In this document: positions 11,588 to 23,200 of the stretch, in pieces | Position numbering within the stretch: position 1 is the stretch's first letter | Layout: the number at the start of each line of letters is the position of its first letter | Origin: Lenisia limosa | Taxonomy: Eukaryota > Protista > Breviatea | Assembly (NCBI GenBank): GCA_001655205.1 | Contig: LPNZ01006643.1 | Location: forward strand, 1-34,455 | Length of the DNA stretch: 34,455 nucleotides | Direction of reading: 5' to 3' | Position numbers and translations under genes: made by a program | The notes under the pieces: model-generated | Told to the model about the DNA's origin: nothing | The model's input: only the letters and a program-made list of their open reading frames with translations | The model's database searches: none

Positions 11588-14500
11588 CTATTTCTTCGGG
11601 AACAAACAGGTCATGATCAGCCCCACCAAAGACACTGATGAACATGCCAAAAAAACAACTTCCAAGCCTAAAAGTTAAAAAAACAGCTCAATACAATCAC
11701 TAAATCACCCCCCCCGCCCGCCCACCAAAATGATCATGAAGAGGCTGCATCATAGAGGCTCCAATAACAGCACCAACCTGAATGGTTACCGTCGCGAAAT
11801 TTATGACAGTAATATCTAATGATATATCACTCAATGTTTGATGATGCACCTTCATGTTTCATTTTACTGTCCATCAAATCAACAGACCTTGCCACACGCA
11901 GCTGCAAGACCATGTCCCAAAGGCCGCACAGAGGGCGGGAGAAGAACAGTGGGCCAAATGAAGGTGCTGGAGTTGGGGCCGAGGTTGGCGAAGATGAAGG
12001 ACGTAGTATCTGTGGTGAAGCCATATTAAAACTAGGAGAGAGGGGGGGGGGGGTCAAANNNNNNNNNNNNNNNNNNNNNNNNNNNNNNNNNNNNNNNNNN
12101 NNNNNNNNNNNNNNNNNNNNNNNNNNNNNNNNNNNNNNNNNNNNNNNNNNNNNNNNNGTACCCCTCCAGCAGTCTTCCACCCTCACCCTGCCTTCTCTAA
12201 CCAATTAACTAAGCCAGCCCGGCATACATATTCCCACAAAGAGTGTCGGTATTGAAGCTATGTCATCGAAACGCACGCTCAAAGTGACAAAAACAAGCAT
12301 CATTCCTAGGGTGGGGTGATACGCACAAAGGGAGAGGTGAATAATGCTCATTATTCCAGAAGCGGGTGGTGGTGATTGAAAAGTGATAACTTTTTTGGTT
12401 ACTTGAATCTAATAAGAATCTAATAAGAAGATTTACTTCACACATACGCATACGCAAACACACACACACAATCTGTATCCCCACCTGTGAACCCTATGGC
12501 TTGCATTGAGCGAAGTTTTACGCCCAAACGACGTGCTATTATTGCAAGGGGGAATCCTACAGAGTTACTATCTCTCACATCAGACGAATACAATTGTACC
12601 AAGTGCGTTAAATTTCTGAAATTACCAGCTTTTGAGATTTTACTGTTCTTCTTCCCATCAACAAGACAACATCCTCAAAAAAAAACAGTATAATACATAC
12701 TACACATGATAGAGTATAACATTTTATGTACTTTTTTTTTGTATTTCAGCTCATAACAAAGTTGTACAATAGACAAGATGATCAGGAATATTTGGCTTTT
12801 TTTCGCATGTAATATAATCGAGGTGTGTGTTGCTATTTACACTGTCAATACAAATGCTCCCAGTTACCAAGGAATTGGAGCAAACTGAGTATCAAGTTGT
12901 AGATGATAATGTCAGCTAAGTCGCTTCTCTCTGGCCTAAAACATCAGATATTGAGGTGCAGCTGTGCGTTTCCAACAATAACAACAAGGAAATTGCTAAC
13001 AATGTTTTCAATTAATATTGTGGACCAACTTTTCGACATCTTCATGGAAGGCTTTCTTGAGTACTACGGCTGAGAATACTGTGTTGGCATAGAACACAAT
13101 GTCAAATATGAGCCATGTCAGACCACACAGTGTGACTTTGCCAAAGTAGTTCTTCAACAGCTCTTTGAACGGCGAAGATGGCGCTGTCTTCTACTCGCAT
13201 CAAATGGAAATGGAGGATTTGCCAGGTCTCCCACACGTCACATCAAACGATAATTGTTAGTTACCTTGTTTGATGCGGAACGATCAGTCACAACCAAGAA
13301 GAGGATGACACTGAGAGTGGTAATCCCGGCAGCGGAGCCAGCAAGCACTCGGTACACTGTCAAAAGAGAAATCTGGGGAGGGAATTAAAATGGAANNNNN
13401 NNNNNNNNNNNNNNNNNNNNNNNNNNNNNNNNNNNNNNNNNNNNNNNNNNNNNNNNNNNNNNNNNNNNNNNNNNNNNNNNNNNNNNNNNNNNNNNNNNNN
13501 NNNNNNNNNNNNNNNNNNNNNNNNNNNNNNNNNNNNNNNNNNNNNATATTGTATTTAAATATATATATAATAGTATATGATAGTATGTGAAATATATGAT
13601 ATAATACTATGATAGATATATACAATATATTGTACTTTAATGAGTAAAATATGATATCAAGTTATTGGTATTTAGAGCAAATATATTGGATTATAGTATA
13701 ATAATAATTCACCCAATCATTTGCCTTACAACTCTGTGCACCTCCACAGCATACCAAATAAAATATCATTTTACACTTTTAATATATCATATGATTAAAA
13801 GTAATATCAGGCCGAAGCCATACTTGAAAAAAAGTCATTGCAAAAAAATATGTGAGAATCTACCTTTTCATAGTGCAATAACGCCGCAGCTGCACCATTA
13901 GCCACAATAAGACCGGCACCCTTGAATCGTAAGAAATGCCAACAAGAATGCCCCAGGGCTTTTCACAGTGAAACACCAATCAACTACGACCTGACAGTTT
14001 CAGCAAAGGATATCAAACAACAGGAATACAAGTAACGTTTTTCAAACTCACATATTTAAAAAAACCATGTGACCAAATGAATAATCCCCTCCCTAATGAA
14101 TCAAAATAGCGCCTCACATTGGCAGAAAAGACCACCAAAGTTCTGAGCTGCCTCTTTCTCATAACCAAGACATCTTCAGGCGCATCATCCGTTGAGACCT
14201 ATAGAATAAAAGGGGGAAACGGGGGTGGGGGGGGGGTGAAAATTGCCCGTTAATTCCAACATATCACCGTATATTTAATGAAGTGTATTCATGTGACTGC
14301 TCACATTCCTTTCTGTTTCATCTTCGGGAGTGCTCAAAAGAGGCGAACCTTCGCGAGGGATTAATTGACCATTTGAGCTAGTATGGGGTATCTGTGGAGT
14401 GAAACTAACCCCAAAAATAACAAAGAGTCGAAGGAGGGACAACAAAAAGTCTCAAATGGCGAAGGAATATCTATAAAAAGCACCAACATGCCATATTCCC

Positions 14501-16621
14501 CAAACAAAATAGGGAGGCTGGAAAACAACAACCACATACACTGACATTGTCGTTCTCCTGCAGTTGCTGTGGAGGTAAGAAAATACAATGGAAATGGTTT
14601 ATTATGCATAAAGTACTACAATAATGGCCTCAAATGTAATAACACCTCCTCGCACCTCTTGAGGGGACCTCCTCCCACCTCTTGAGGGGACCTCCTCGCA
14701 CCTCTTGAGGGGACCTCCCTCGCACCTCTTGAGGGGACCTCCTCCCACCTCTTGAGGGCACCTCCTCCCACCTCTTGAGGGGACGACGGAGTATCCGGTA
14801 CCTCCTCCGGGGTGGCAGCCGAGGCAGCAAGCGTGGCGCACACTGGATATGTTCCGCCAACCTGTGGTGGTGACTTATGGTTCCGAAGAAGGGATACACT
14901 ACGGTCGAAGACAATTGGTCAATAGTCTTCGAATACAGTATTTATCCAAGGTAATAGGCTGCTTGTTGTCTCATTTGGGATTGAGATGAAGCAAAAACTA
15001 TTTGGAAAAAATGTCCTTCTAAAATCTATAAGAGTTAATACAGACTTCGTAAATTGGTTGAATACCCCATAAAAGAACCATGAAGAAATGATTACACTAT
15101 ATTAAATATATCTATAGTATTATATACTATAATATACAATATAATACATGTACATACTATATAGTATATCAATATAGTATATAATATAGTATTATATAAT
15201 AGATAGTATATGTAATTATTATTCTGTTTTGAAAAGGGTGATTAGATACTACCTCCAAAACAGTATTTCACTATTATAAATAGCTTACGCCAATAGCCAC
15301 TACAAATCGTGCAGCCGCGAGGTAAAACGCCTCTTCTGCTACTGCCGATGCCAAAGATCCCAAAGCAATCAAAAGACCGGAAAACACAAGGGCAAATACC
15401 AAGCCTTTTGGGCCACCTAGGGTCATTAAGCAAATGATTGGGGAACACGAGATGATTGAAGGCGATCTCCTGTTTTCGTTTTCGTTTTCCCCTTGTCCTT
15501 TAATCCCCCTCCCCCAAATAATTGCTTACTTGCCATATGTCCAATCGTGAAGTCTCCAACAATGACACCTTTACAGGTTAATAGGAAAATGAGTCAATTA
15601 ATGACAATGGCAAAGTCATTGCTCACCTCCATCCAGAGAGCTTTTCGAAATGGTTTGGTTTACACTGGTGTGTATAGTGAATGATAAAATATTGTTTATA
15701 TAATGTTGTTGTGTTCAAACAGTGCCGATATCAACAAACAGACCTCGGTTCAGCACCAGCGTTTTGGTGGTTGTTTGAATATTCTAGGCACCNNNNNNNN
15801 NNNNNNNNNNNNNNNNNNNNNNNNNNNNNNNNNNNNNNNNNNNNNNNNNNNNNNNNNNNNNNNNNNNNNNNNNNNNNNNNNNNNNNATCAAAAGAATCTT
15901 GAGAGTAAGAAATGTAATAGGATATTCAGGAAGCAAATTGAAGGACAGCCAGTGCATTTGTCACCAAGACAGCTGAAGTTTTATGTCATCCCTATAAGAG
16001 CTTCATTTCCACTTAAATCGTATTTTTTTTTATTTTCAAATGGAATTTAAGCCCAAACCAACCATTCAGGTGTTTTAAAGGAAGCAACATCTGGCATACC
16101 GGGTTAATGACAAGAAGGGCAAAGTTGGAAGCAAGAAAGTTGAAGAACAGCACAGCAGTCACCGCAAAAGGCCCCCATGCTCTTTTCCGGGCTATGTACT
16201 TCACAGGAGCGTTTTCAGCCTGCAACATTAAGTCAATCAAACGGAAGTCATTAACTTGTATAGTAGTAGAAAAGAGACCAAAGCCACAATGGATTCCCAA
16301 AAATCTCAGTGTGTACCTTGTCCAACTTGGCCTGGTCGGCTTCACTCCTGAAGTCCCTTCCTCCCTCTGTGGCATCGACATGGTAACGCTTGTCTGTGAA
16401 CGGCGAGTTCTCCAAGCCTTCATTGAGAGGTTCAATCCTAACGGTCAAGGGTGACAAGTTTCCAGATAATAAATAGTATTGTATATTTCTTCTCACAAGT
16501 CATTACAAATGACTGAAAGAATATGCCTGCCTGAATACTCATTAACTTTTAATGTATTGAGATTATTAGCCTCATACCCTTCAACAATGTCAACGTCAAC
16601 CACCGCGCCTTGATCGGACAT
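11588..16621 (-). CDS. MFS transporter of the phosphate:H+ symporter (Pho84/PHT1-like) family; multi-exon
   Basis: Minus-strand exons give MSDQGAVVDVDIVEG|IEPLNEG...KLDK|AENAP...FAVTAVLFFNFLASNFALLVINP (TM1); AARFVVAIG|VGGTYPVCATL (cf. RFWLGFGIGGDYPLSAT; exon 14861-14772); RQLRTLVVFSAN|GAGLIVANG (cf. RGAFIAAVFAMQGFG); YRVLAG (cf. WRIIL); LTWLIFDIVFYANTVF (cf. TWFLLDIAFYSQNLF; exon 13190-13030); SFIFANLGPNSSTFIWPTVLLPPSVRPLGHGLAAACGK|VGAVIG (cf. [21 protein letters not shown]...CHGISAASGKLGAIVG; exon 12009-11888); last TM GLEVVFLACSSVSLVGLIMTCLFPKK* (TAG 11590-11588). Substrate not determinable. Confidence 0.9.
14643..14783 (-). repeat. 23/24-bp minisatellite (6 copies) overlapping an exon-intron junction of the MFS gene
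   Basis: Plus-strand core CACCTCTTGAGGG at 14653, 14676, 14699, 14723, 14746 and 14769 (periods 23,23,24,23,23). On the minus strand each copy contains CAAGAG|GTG(G/C)GA. Confidence 0.9.
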
Positions 16622-17009
16622 GATCGGCACACTTACAGAGATCTATGCTGTCGCGTATGGCCTTTTTCCACGTCCTTCTCTTCTTATCTTCTTGAAAAGG
16701 ATGAAAAGGGGAAAGAAGAACCTCTAAACGTGTGAAAAAGGAAATGTCTAAACCCTGCATATTCTTGTATATAAAGTCATCATCAAAAAAAAATTGCATC
16801 GACTCTTCTCTGCTGTACTAAATTAAATACACGCTAATTGCAAGCGATATCTTGTTATTTGGCCTTGGAAGGAGACCTTTTGTTTTTGCTCCCATAGTTC
16901 AATGGACAACCGTTACTGACTGCACTATTTCCTCAAGCTACTGTGGAGATAAAACCAACATTGTTTTAGTAGTAGAAACTGAGCGTTTGCCACCTTGCGG
17001 CAGGGCCAG

Positions 17010-19992
17010 ATGAGCGTCTACGACCCGACTGAGATCCTTAGGTCCCTGCGCCTTGGCAGTAGTACAGCCACTCTCGCCACCACCCATCATGGTTAGTTTT
17101 CCTGGTCTTTTTTTGACAGGTTCTCCCAATATACAATTGTCTCATATTCTAGCTCCTTCCGAACCGATCAGCCAGTCACCCATTGCTCTTGTGAACCATA
17201 GTCCCAATCTTCCCACCACTCCACCTACCACCCAGCAAGTAAGCTTGGTTAGATTGTAAACCCTCTGAATACTATATTTTTCGGCCATTTTCGGACTATG
17301 TTAGTGTCAAACCAAACTCATATTTGGCTTAGTGAACCTGCATGATTTTTACTCGTAACAAATTTCAACATCCATTCAAGTCAGCTCAAAATGGCTATTG
17401 ATATTTTAGGAGGCTCCAGCTTTCGAATATAACCCACGACATTTGATTTCTACTCAGGTTGGCTTGGCAAGAGGTAATAATATCCCTAAGAGATTATCAA
17501 TCTGTATTTCACCTCTTCAGTCGGTCCCGAGTATTCTCCGAACACGCTCATTGGAACCTTCAACGGTCATGCAGGTGAGTGTTGTGGCTTGTTTTCTACA
17601 CAATTCCCAAAAACGCTGAATTCTTCGATATATTCTCCATTGTATGAAGCCTTCTTACAGATAGGGTGAAACATCACGTGGATTTAGATTTCCTTCTCAT
17701 TTTATAGGGTAATGCGTCTAATATTGATGATAATGACTTCTCTCCTACTGAGCCTGCAGAATCTGGTATGATGACTGGGTTTGTTTGACATAAATGATAA
17801 ATAGTATCGTCCCACCCTCATTAGGATTGAGTTTCTAATCAGTCTTTGCTTTGCATATGGATATTGTAATTCTCTGTTTCAAAGAAAATGATATTGTTCT
17901 TTGATGTTTATTGTGCAGTTGGAGGACGGACGTTGGAAATGGGTATTGCCGACACAGCGTCAATAGTGCAGCGATGGAACAGCTTGGTGGATCAAGCCCA
18001 GACTGGAACGGAAATCAACGGTGGGAACTGCGTTTATTTCTCATTGTAATAACTAGTGCTTTGCTACTGTCCGAAAAAAATCGTCAAAATATCTAGATAT
18101 TCGGACTTTTAGTGATCATAATGAAACACTAATAATATCATACAATTGAAATATCGTACAGCTGTCTGTACAGAGTTGTAAGGCAAATGATTGGGTGAAT
18201 GAAGAGTACACTAGAATCCAATGATGGTGTGGACGCGGTCAGATATTCTGTGTTTTCTATTTCTCGTTTCTACATATACTAAGTAGCAGCACTTAAAGTT
18301 TCTCACTCTTGCAGTGCAGAATCAGATTTACGAGAATCTCCACCAGCAGCATATTGAGCTATTGGAGCAGTATAACATTTTGGAGTCAAAACACACTGCA
18401 CTTCAAGAAGACAACCTGTGTGTTATTTGTGATACAAAAAATACTGAATATCAAATGACCTGTTTTTGTATTGTTTTTTGTTATTATTATTTTATTTTTT
18501 TCTGTCTTGATCCATTGCTTTTATCAACTCCAAGGAATTCCGTGTTTTATGGTGCAAAATATTGAATAGTATGGAAGAAGTTCAGTTTTTGGATGAGCCG
18601 AAGTGAAGCCTCAATTAAGTTTTTAGTGAAGCACTTCGGCAGTTGGACGAGTTCAAAAATGTCCATTCAGAAGTGACAGACTTACAAAGTGGGCAGTGTT
18701 AGAGCATGCTTTTATAATGGACAAAAAGGGTATACCAAACCATATTCATAATAGTGTGTATATCATTTTCTCTTTTGAGAAACGTCATATGATTTCATTC
18801 ACAATTATGTATTCTGTGCTTTGAAGATAATATATGCGCACTTACCCAGTAGTGGAAGTAAGCTATCTTCAAGAACAGCTACGACTAGCACTTGAGGCTC
18901 AAGAGGTGAGACACTCAACGGCCTGAAGCACAGAATCCAATCTTTTTTATTTGTTAATCAAATTTCTGTTCGCTTTCACATTTCTCCAATACCCCTTACT
19001 TGACCTCACTTCTTCATATAACACTCAGAGTTGAATCGTGTATAACATTTTATTGGGAATCGGTTCAATCAATAGTAAGATTACTGTAATGTCTGATACG
19101 CCCTTTCTGACACTTTTCTAAGCAATATGACAAATTAGTTATTTTATTTCAATTAGTACTTCATTCTACAATATGAACACCAGAGTCCTACTTTTACTGA
19201 TGACTATAGTCCGCCTTAAACGCAGCTGCATCTGAAGCTCGATGCCGTAGGGATGCCGAGAGGGAGCTGAGGAAGGCCCGAGAGGACCTCGACCGACCCG
19301 CCAATGCCCATGCCAGCCTGGCCGCGGCTGAGGCTGGACGGAGGGCCCAGCTGCATGTTATGAGCAAGCTTGGCCAACCTTCTCGAGGGCCTCCAGTTGT
19401 GTCGTAAGCTGGGAGGGGTGGAAATTGGGGAGGGGGGGTTGCAGGTGTAAGGAGTGGTGGAGCGAGTTAGGAAGGAGGATTACTTAGGGATCGCTAGTGG
19501 GGGAGTTTGGTTGTTCTTATCGGGTCTGAACGGCTTTGGGATTTAAGTTAACAATTTTTGTTACTTTGCATCAAATCAGACCCTCATTTTCAGAAGGCTC
19601 ATACATGATGTATGTATGTAATAAAGTGGTTAACTTTCCCTTAGGCAGCCGCAAGGCAGACCACCCTTCATGTCGCGAGTTGCCTTATCATCGTCGCATA
19701 TCGCTGCTAATCCAAAAGTGAGCCGGATACGATTACGACCATTGAAACTTGAGCCTCTTTCGGTACTCAAAGAATGTACAATTATATTTTCCATTTTTAT
19801 GGAACCGTGAAACTCGAATAGAAACCCGTATCTCTCAACCGTGTTCCTTTATTTTATTTTTCTCTTCGCTCTGTGGGATCGCTGGTTTGTGTTTTGAACC
19901 GCCCCCCCCCCTCACAAGACTTTTGTGTCAATTTCATTTCTCAGGTGGCAGCGTTGAACCCTAGCCACGCGGCAAAGGTTATGCCGGTTTGA
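17010..19992 (+). CDS. Hypothetical protein: Pro/Ser/Thr-rich N-terminus plus coiled-coil region; multi-exon, start uncertain
   Basis: Exons with canonical splice sites: MSVYDPTEILRSLRLGSSTATLATTHH|GSPNIQLSHILAPSEP...TQQ; VQNQIYENLHQQHIELLEQYNILESKHTALQED (heptad-like, ~18315-18415); LRLALEAQE; SALNAAASEARCRRDAERELRKAREDLDRP (~19211-19403); SQPQGRPPFMSRVALSSSHIAANPK|VAALNPSHAAKVMPV* (TGA 19990-19992). Middle exon joins not fully resolved. Confidence 0.55.
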
Positions 19993-20215
19993 GGGAATGC
20001 TGTCGTAGATGGATTTGAAGTTCTGTTGACGATATTTAGAAGGCCAGTAAGGCGACCCCTATTCCGGTAGTGGCGGTGAACATTGATTAGGTCTTTTTTT
20101 GTAATTTTCTTTGTAATGGTTCCAATGTACTTTAGCTGTAAACTACAAATAAATAATGAAGCACTGCCACTCGCAGCTTCGAAACAGAACAAAAACGAAA
20201 TGAGAAACCATACCA

Positions 20216-23200
20216 TTAGATGGGAAGAGACTGCTGGTGGTGTCGCAGTGTGACCTCGCGTTGCCTTCGTGTTTTGGCGTTCTGAGACCTGACCAACGAG
20301 AGTACCACCAAAGCAAGTACGCCACAGGCCTGTGCAGTTAGAACTGACATTCTTCTACATTGTCTTTTTTTTTTACGTTCCTTGATTTGAGAACCCCAGC
20401 ATACCGAGAACGCAAACGCAACATAGATATTGCTTGTGGCTGAGACCGTAGGTTTCGGAGTGCCTGAAGGCGGGGCCTGGAACTGAAGGGGGCTTTCCTC
20501 ATCATCCATATCCACCTTGGTGAACGGATGGCTGTGCTGAAGTGGTAAGTTTCACTGTGAGAAAGATATAGCTCCCCCCCCCCCAGCAATATTTATAACA
20601 TTCTCCCACACAAATAATAATCAGAAAGAACTATTTAGCATTCCTACCACCATCTCATTTCAGAGCATGTTCCTTTTCCTTCTGTTATTATAATACCTGC
20701 TTAGTTCCGGTACGCCCCCCCCCCTCATACAGTCGCGTTACACGCTGTTGAAGGCCTGTTATACAGCTCAGTAAGGTCGACTTCAGGCCACGTCATCGGA
20801 ATGTTGGTGTTGTCCACGAAGGGTGTGACGAGAGCTGGGGCCTGGGCCAGCCAATTTGGGATAATCCCAAGCGAGGTGTACGATAAAAGGTCGGCAATCT
20901 GGAAAAGTGAATAGTTTGAATTTCATTTTGGACAAACCCTTTGTTTCAAAAAAGATAGAAAATCTCAAAGGTCTGGATACTTTACCAGCCCCCCCCCCCC
21001 CNNNNNNNNNNNNNNNNNNNNNNNNNNNNNNNNNNNNNNNNNNNNNNNNNNNNNNNNNNNNNNNNNNNNNNNNNNNNNNNNNNNNNNNNACTTCCGAGCA
21101 CGTGTCATCCGAATAAGTGTCGTCAAAACACCCGGTGTCCGAGAAAACAGCGATTCGCCCCCCGAGCCTCCCCGCAATATTGGTTGCCCATCTCCCTTTC
21201 GAAAACCCATCATGGTAGTTTTTCGGGACAGGAGGAGCCGGGGCGTTTGTGTGGGGTTCCGATGGGAGGTCTGAGCGGACCTTTGGACAGTTAGTTATGC
21301 TAGCAATAACATTTGATAAGATATTAATAGGATATTTAGTAAAAAAAAAAAATAGGATTTCATGAGCTTTGAAAATAATCACTTGTGTCACATAAAACTA
21401 CAATTTCAATCTCAACAGCATATTCAAAAAAAGTCAACATTTCATATTCGGAGTAGCAATAAAGATTCCCCTCTGTCCCAACCAGTTCAAATTTCTCGAT
21501 CTTTGATAATATAAATATGTAAGGACTTGTTCGGACCATATTTGATAAGGTTTATCATTTCCCTTAAGCCAGCATACTGAGAGAAGTCCAACGATTGGGT
21601 AGAGTCTTTGGGACACTGGGCCTGCTTTGAGGAAAGAAGCGGCGTCATTACTGCACTTCGTTGACGCGATTGTACCCCCAGCTGTGAATATCAGATATGT
21701 CAGCAGTGTCAAATGAATATTTGGGATCAACTGTACCACCAGTTGGAGAAGTGGATTGTAGAAGGGGCAGGAAGGTCTTCTAACACAATACTATTAAAAA
21801 CTAAATATATCGATATATAGTATATTACTATTAAATATTATCATGTTCAGAACATTTTTTACTGAAGTGAAACAGAATTTTCATCAAGTCGTAGAGCACC
21901 CCCCACCTGGCCACACTGAAATCGCAGCCCCTGATGAAATATCAATCTGAAGAGTAAACTGCGACCCTTGCAGGATGAGATCAAATGAGAAGAATATCTT
22001 GTTCATAATACGACATGTATCTTTTGACAATAGTCTAAATATCTGCCTTTTCGGTCAAATTAGAAGCCAAACAAATTACTTACCATCTTTGCTCCGAGTG
22101 CAAACTGTCCCGTAATCACATCCGATCCAAAAGCAATTCCAAAGGAGGAAAGAAGACGGTTAATGCCCGGGAGATGGCTGCCAGCTGAAAACGTTGGAAA
22201 ATGATGGGGTAAATGATGAAATAATTAGACGGAATGGGGGTTAAGACCGAGATGAAAAATGTGTTTGTAAACAGAAAAAACATACACTCAAATATCTGGC
22301 AAAATATGCGAAATAATACTTGACAAAACCAGAATATTACCAGTAAATTTCATAATATTATACGGAACGAGTGATAGGATTGGAGTCCTACCGGTGACAG
22401 GGGACCACCATTTATGACCGGAGTCGTCATAGAAACGAAGCGAGGCCATTACATCAGGGTGGTACCACTCGGGGAGAACTAGGAGGGAGAGGCCGTGTGA
22501 CACAACATCTTTTTCCAGCTAATAGCGTAAAAAGATGACATTTGGAGGGTGGGTAATGGTAATAGGTGAGGGGGTGATATATCGGAAATAATAGGGTGGC
22601 AATGGATTGATATGATCAAATGATCTGTATATATATATGATGATATTATATGTATTGTATTATTGGGGGGAAAATAAAGGCAGTTGTGTTGAGCCAAATG
22701 TAACACCTTTTGACAACTCCTCAAAAAGCAAAACAAAAGATAGAAAGAGGGGGCGCGGGCAGGGGGTAGGAAAACAATCCCAAAAAGATTCACTATCATA
22801 AGAATACCTTCATGATTTCTTCCGGTTGGAAAGCACTTTCAGGGTCAGCAATAACGAAAGTAGAATAGAGGGTGGCATCGAAGCACTGGGCAGGGCGGTG
22901 GAGCGTTTCAATGAAATAACCAGAAGCTCGCAGCAAGGTATACAACGACTAATACGTCAGCACATCTTTTATTAAAACCTTTTTTTGATAATACTCTGTA
23001 GCACCAGCTTCCCCACAAAATAAAATACTTCGTATACCCTGATACCTTGAAATTAGTATGTGGGTGGTCACCATGCCAATCAAGAGGGTCGTTTGAGCCA
23101 GAAATGCTATCACGTGGGAAGTATCCAACCGGGTATTGCAGATTATGGGCCTAGGGGGTTATTATTGACATCTTACGTACGTACCAGACTCCATCAATAA

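Noticed and set aside
11430-11590. Apparent in-frame TAA readthrough hinting at a non-standard genetic code
   Set aside because: It lies downstream of the MFS stop; the conserved genes RAD17, MFS and S1P translate cleanly in the standard code and end in TGA, TAG and TAA respectively.
13900-13960. Apparent frameshift in the MFS gene (GAFLLAFLTIQG in one frame, GAGLIV in another)
   Set aside because: Resolved by splicing: RQLRTLVVFSAN|GAGLIV with an acceptor at TTCAAG; the first motif is intronic coincidence.
16107-16454. 115-aa plus-strand ORF MTRRAKLEARK...
   Set aside because: Antisense shadow of MFS N-terminal exons.
16503-16895. Small separate minus-strand gene (MQFFFDDDF...IRDSIDL...)
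   Set aside because: Needs an atypical 28-nt intron; the AVVDVDIVEG segment is better explained as exon 1 of the MFS gene starting at ATG 16621.
18410-18500. RING-finger-like LCVICD...CFCIVFC in ORF 18314-18565
   Set aside because: Cys spacing does not fit and there is no His; the tail is T-rich, intron-like sequence after likely GT donors.
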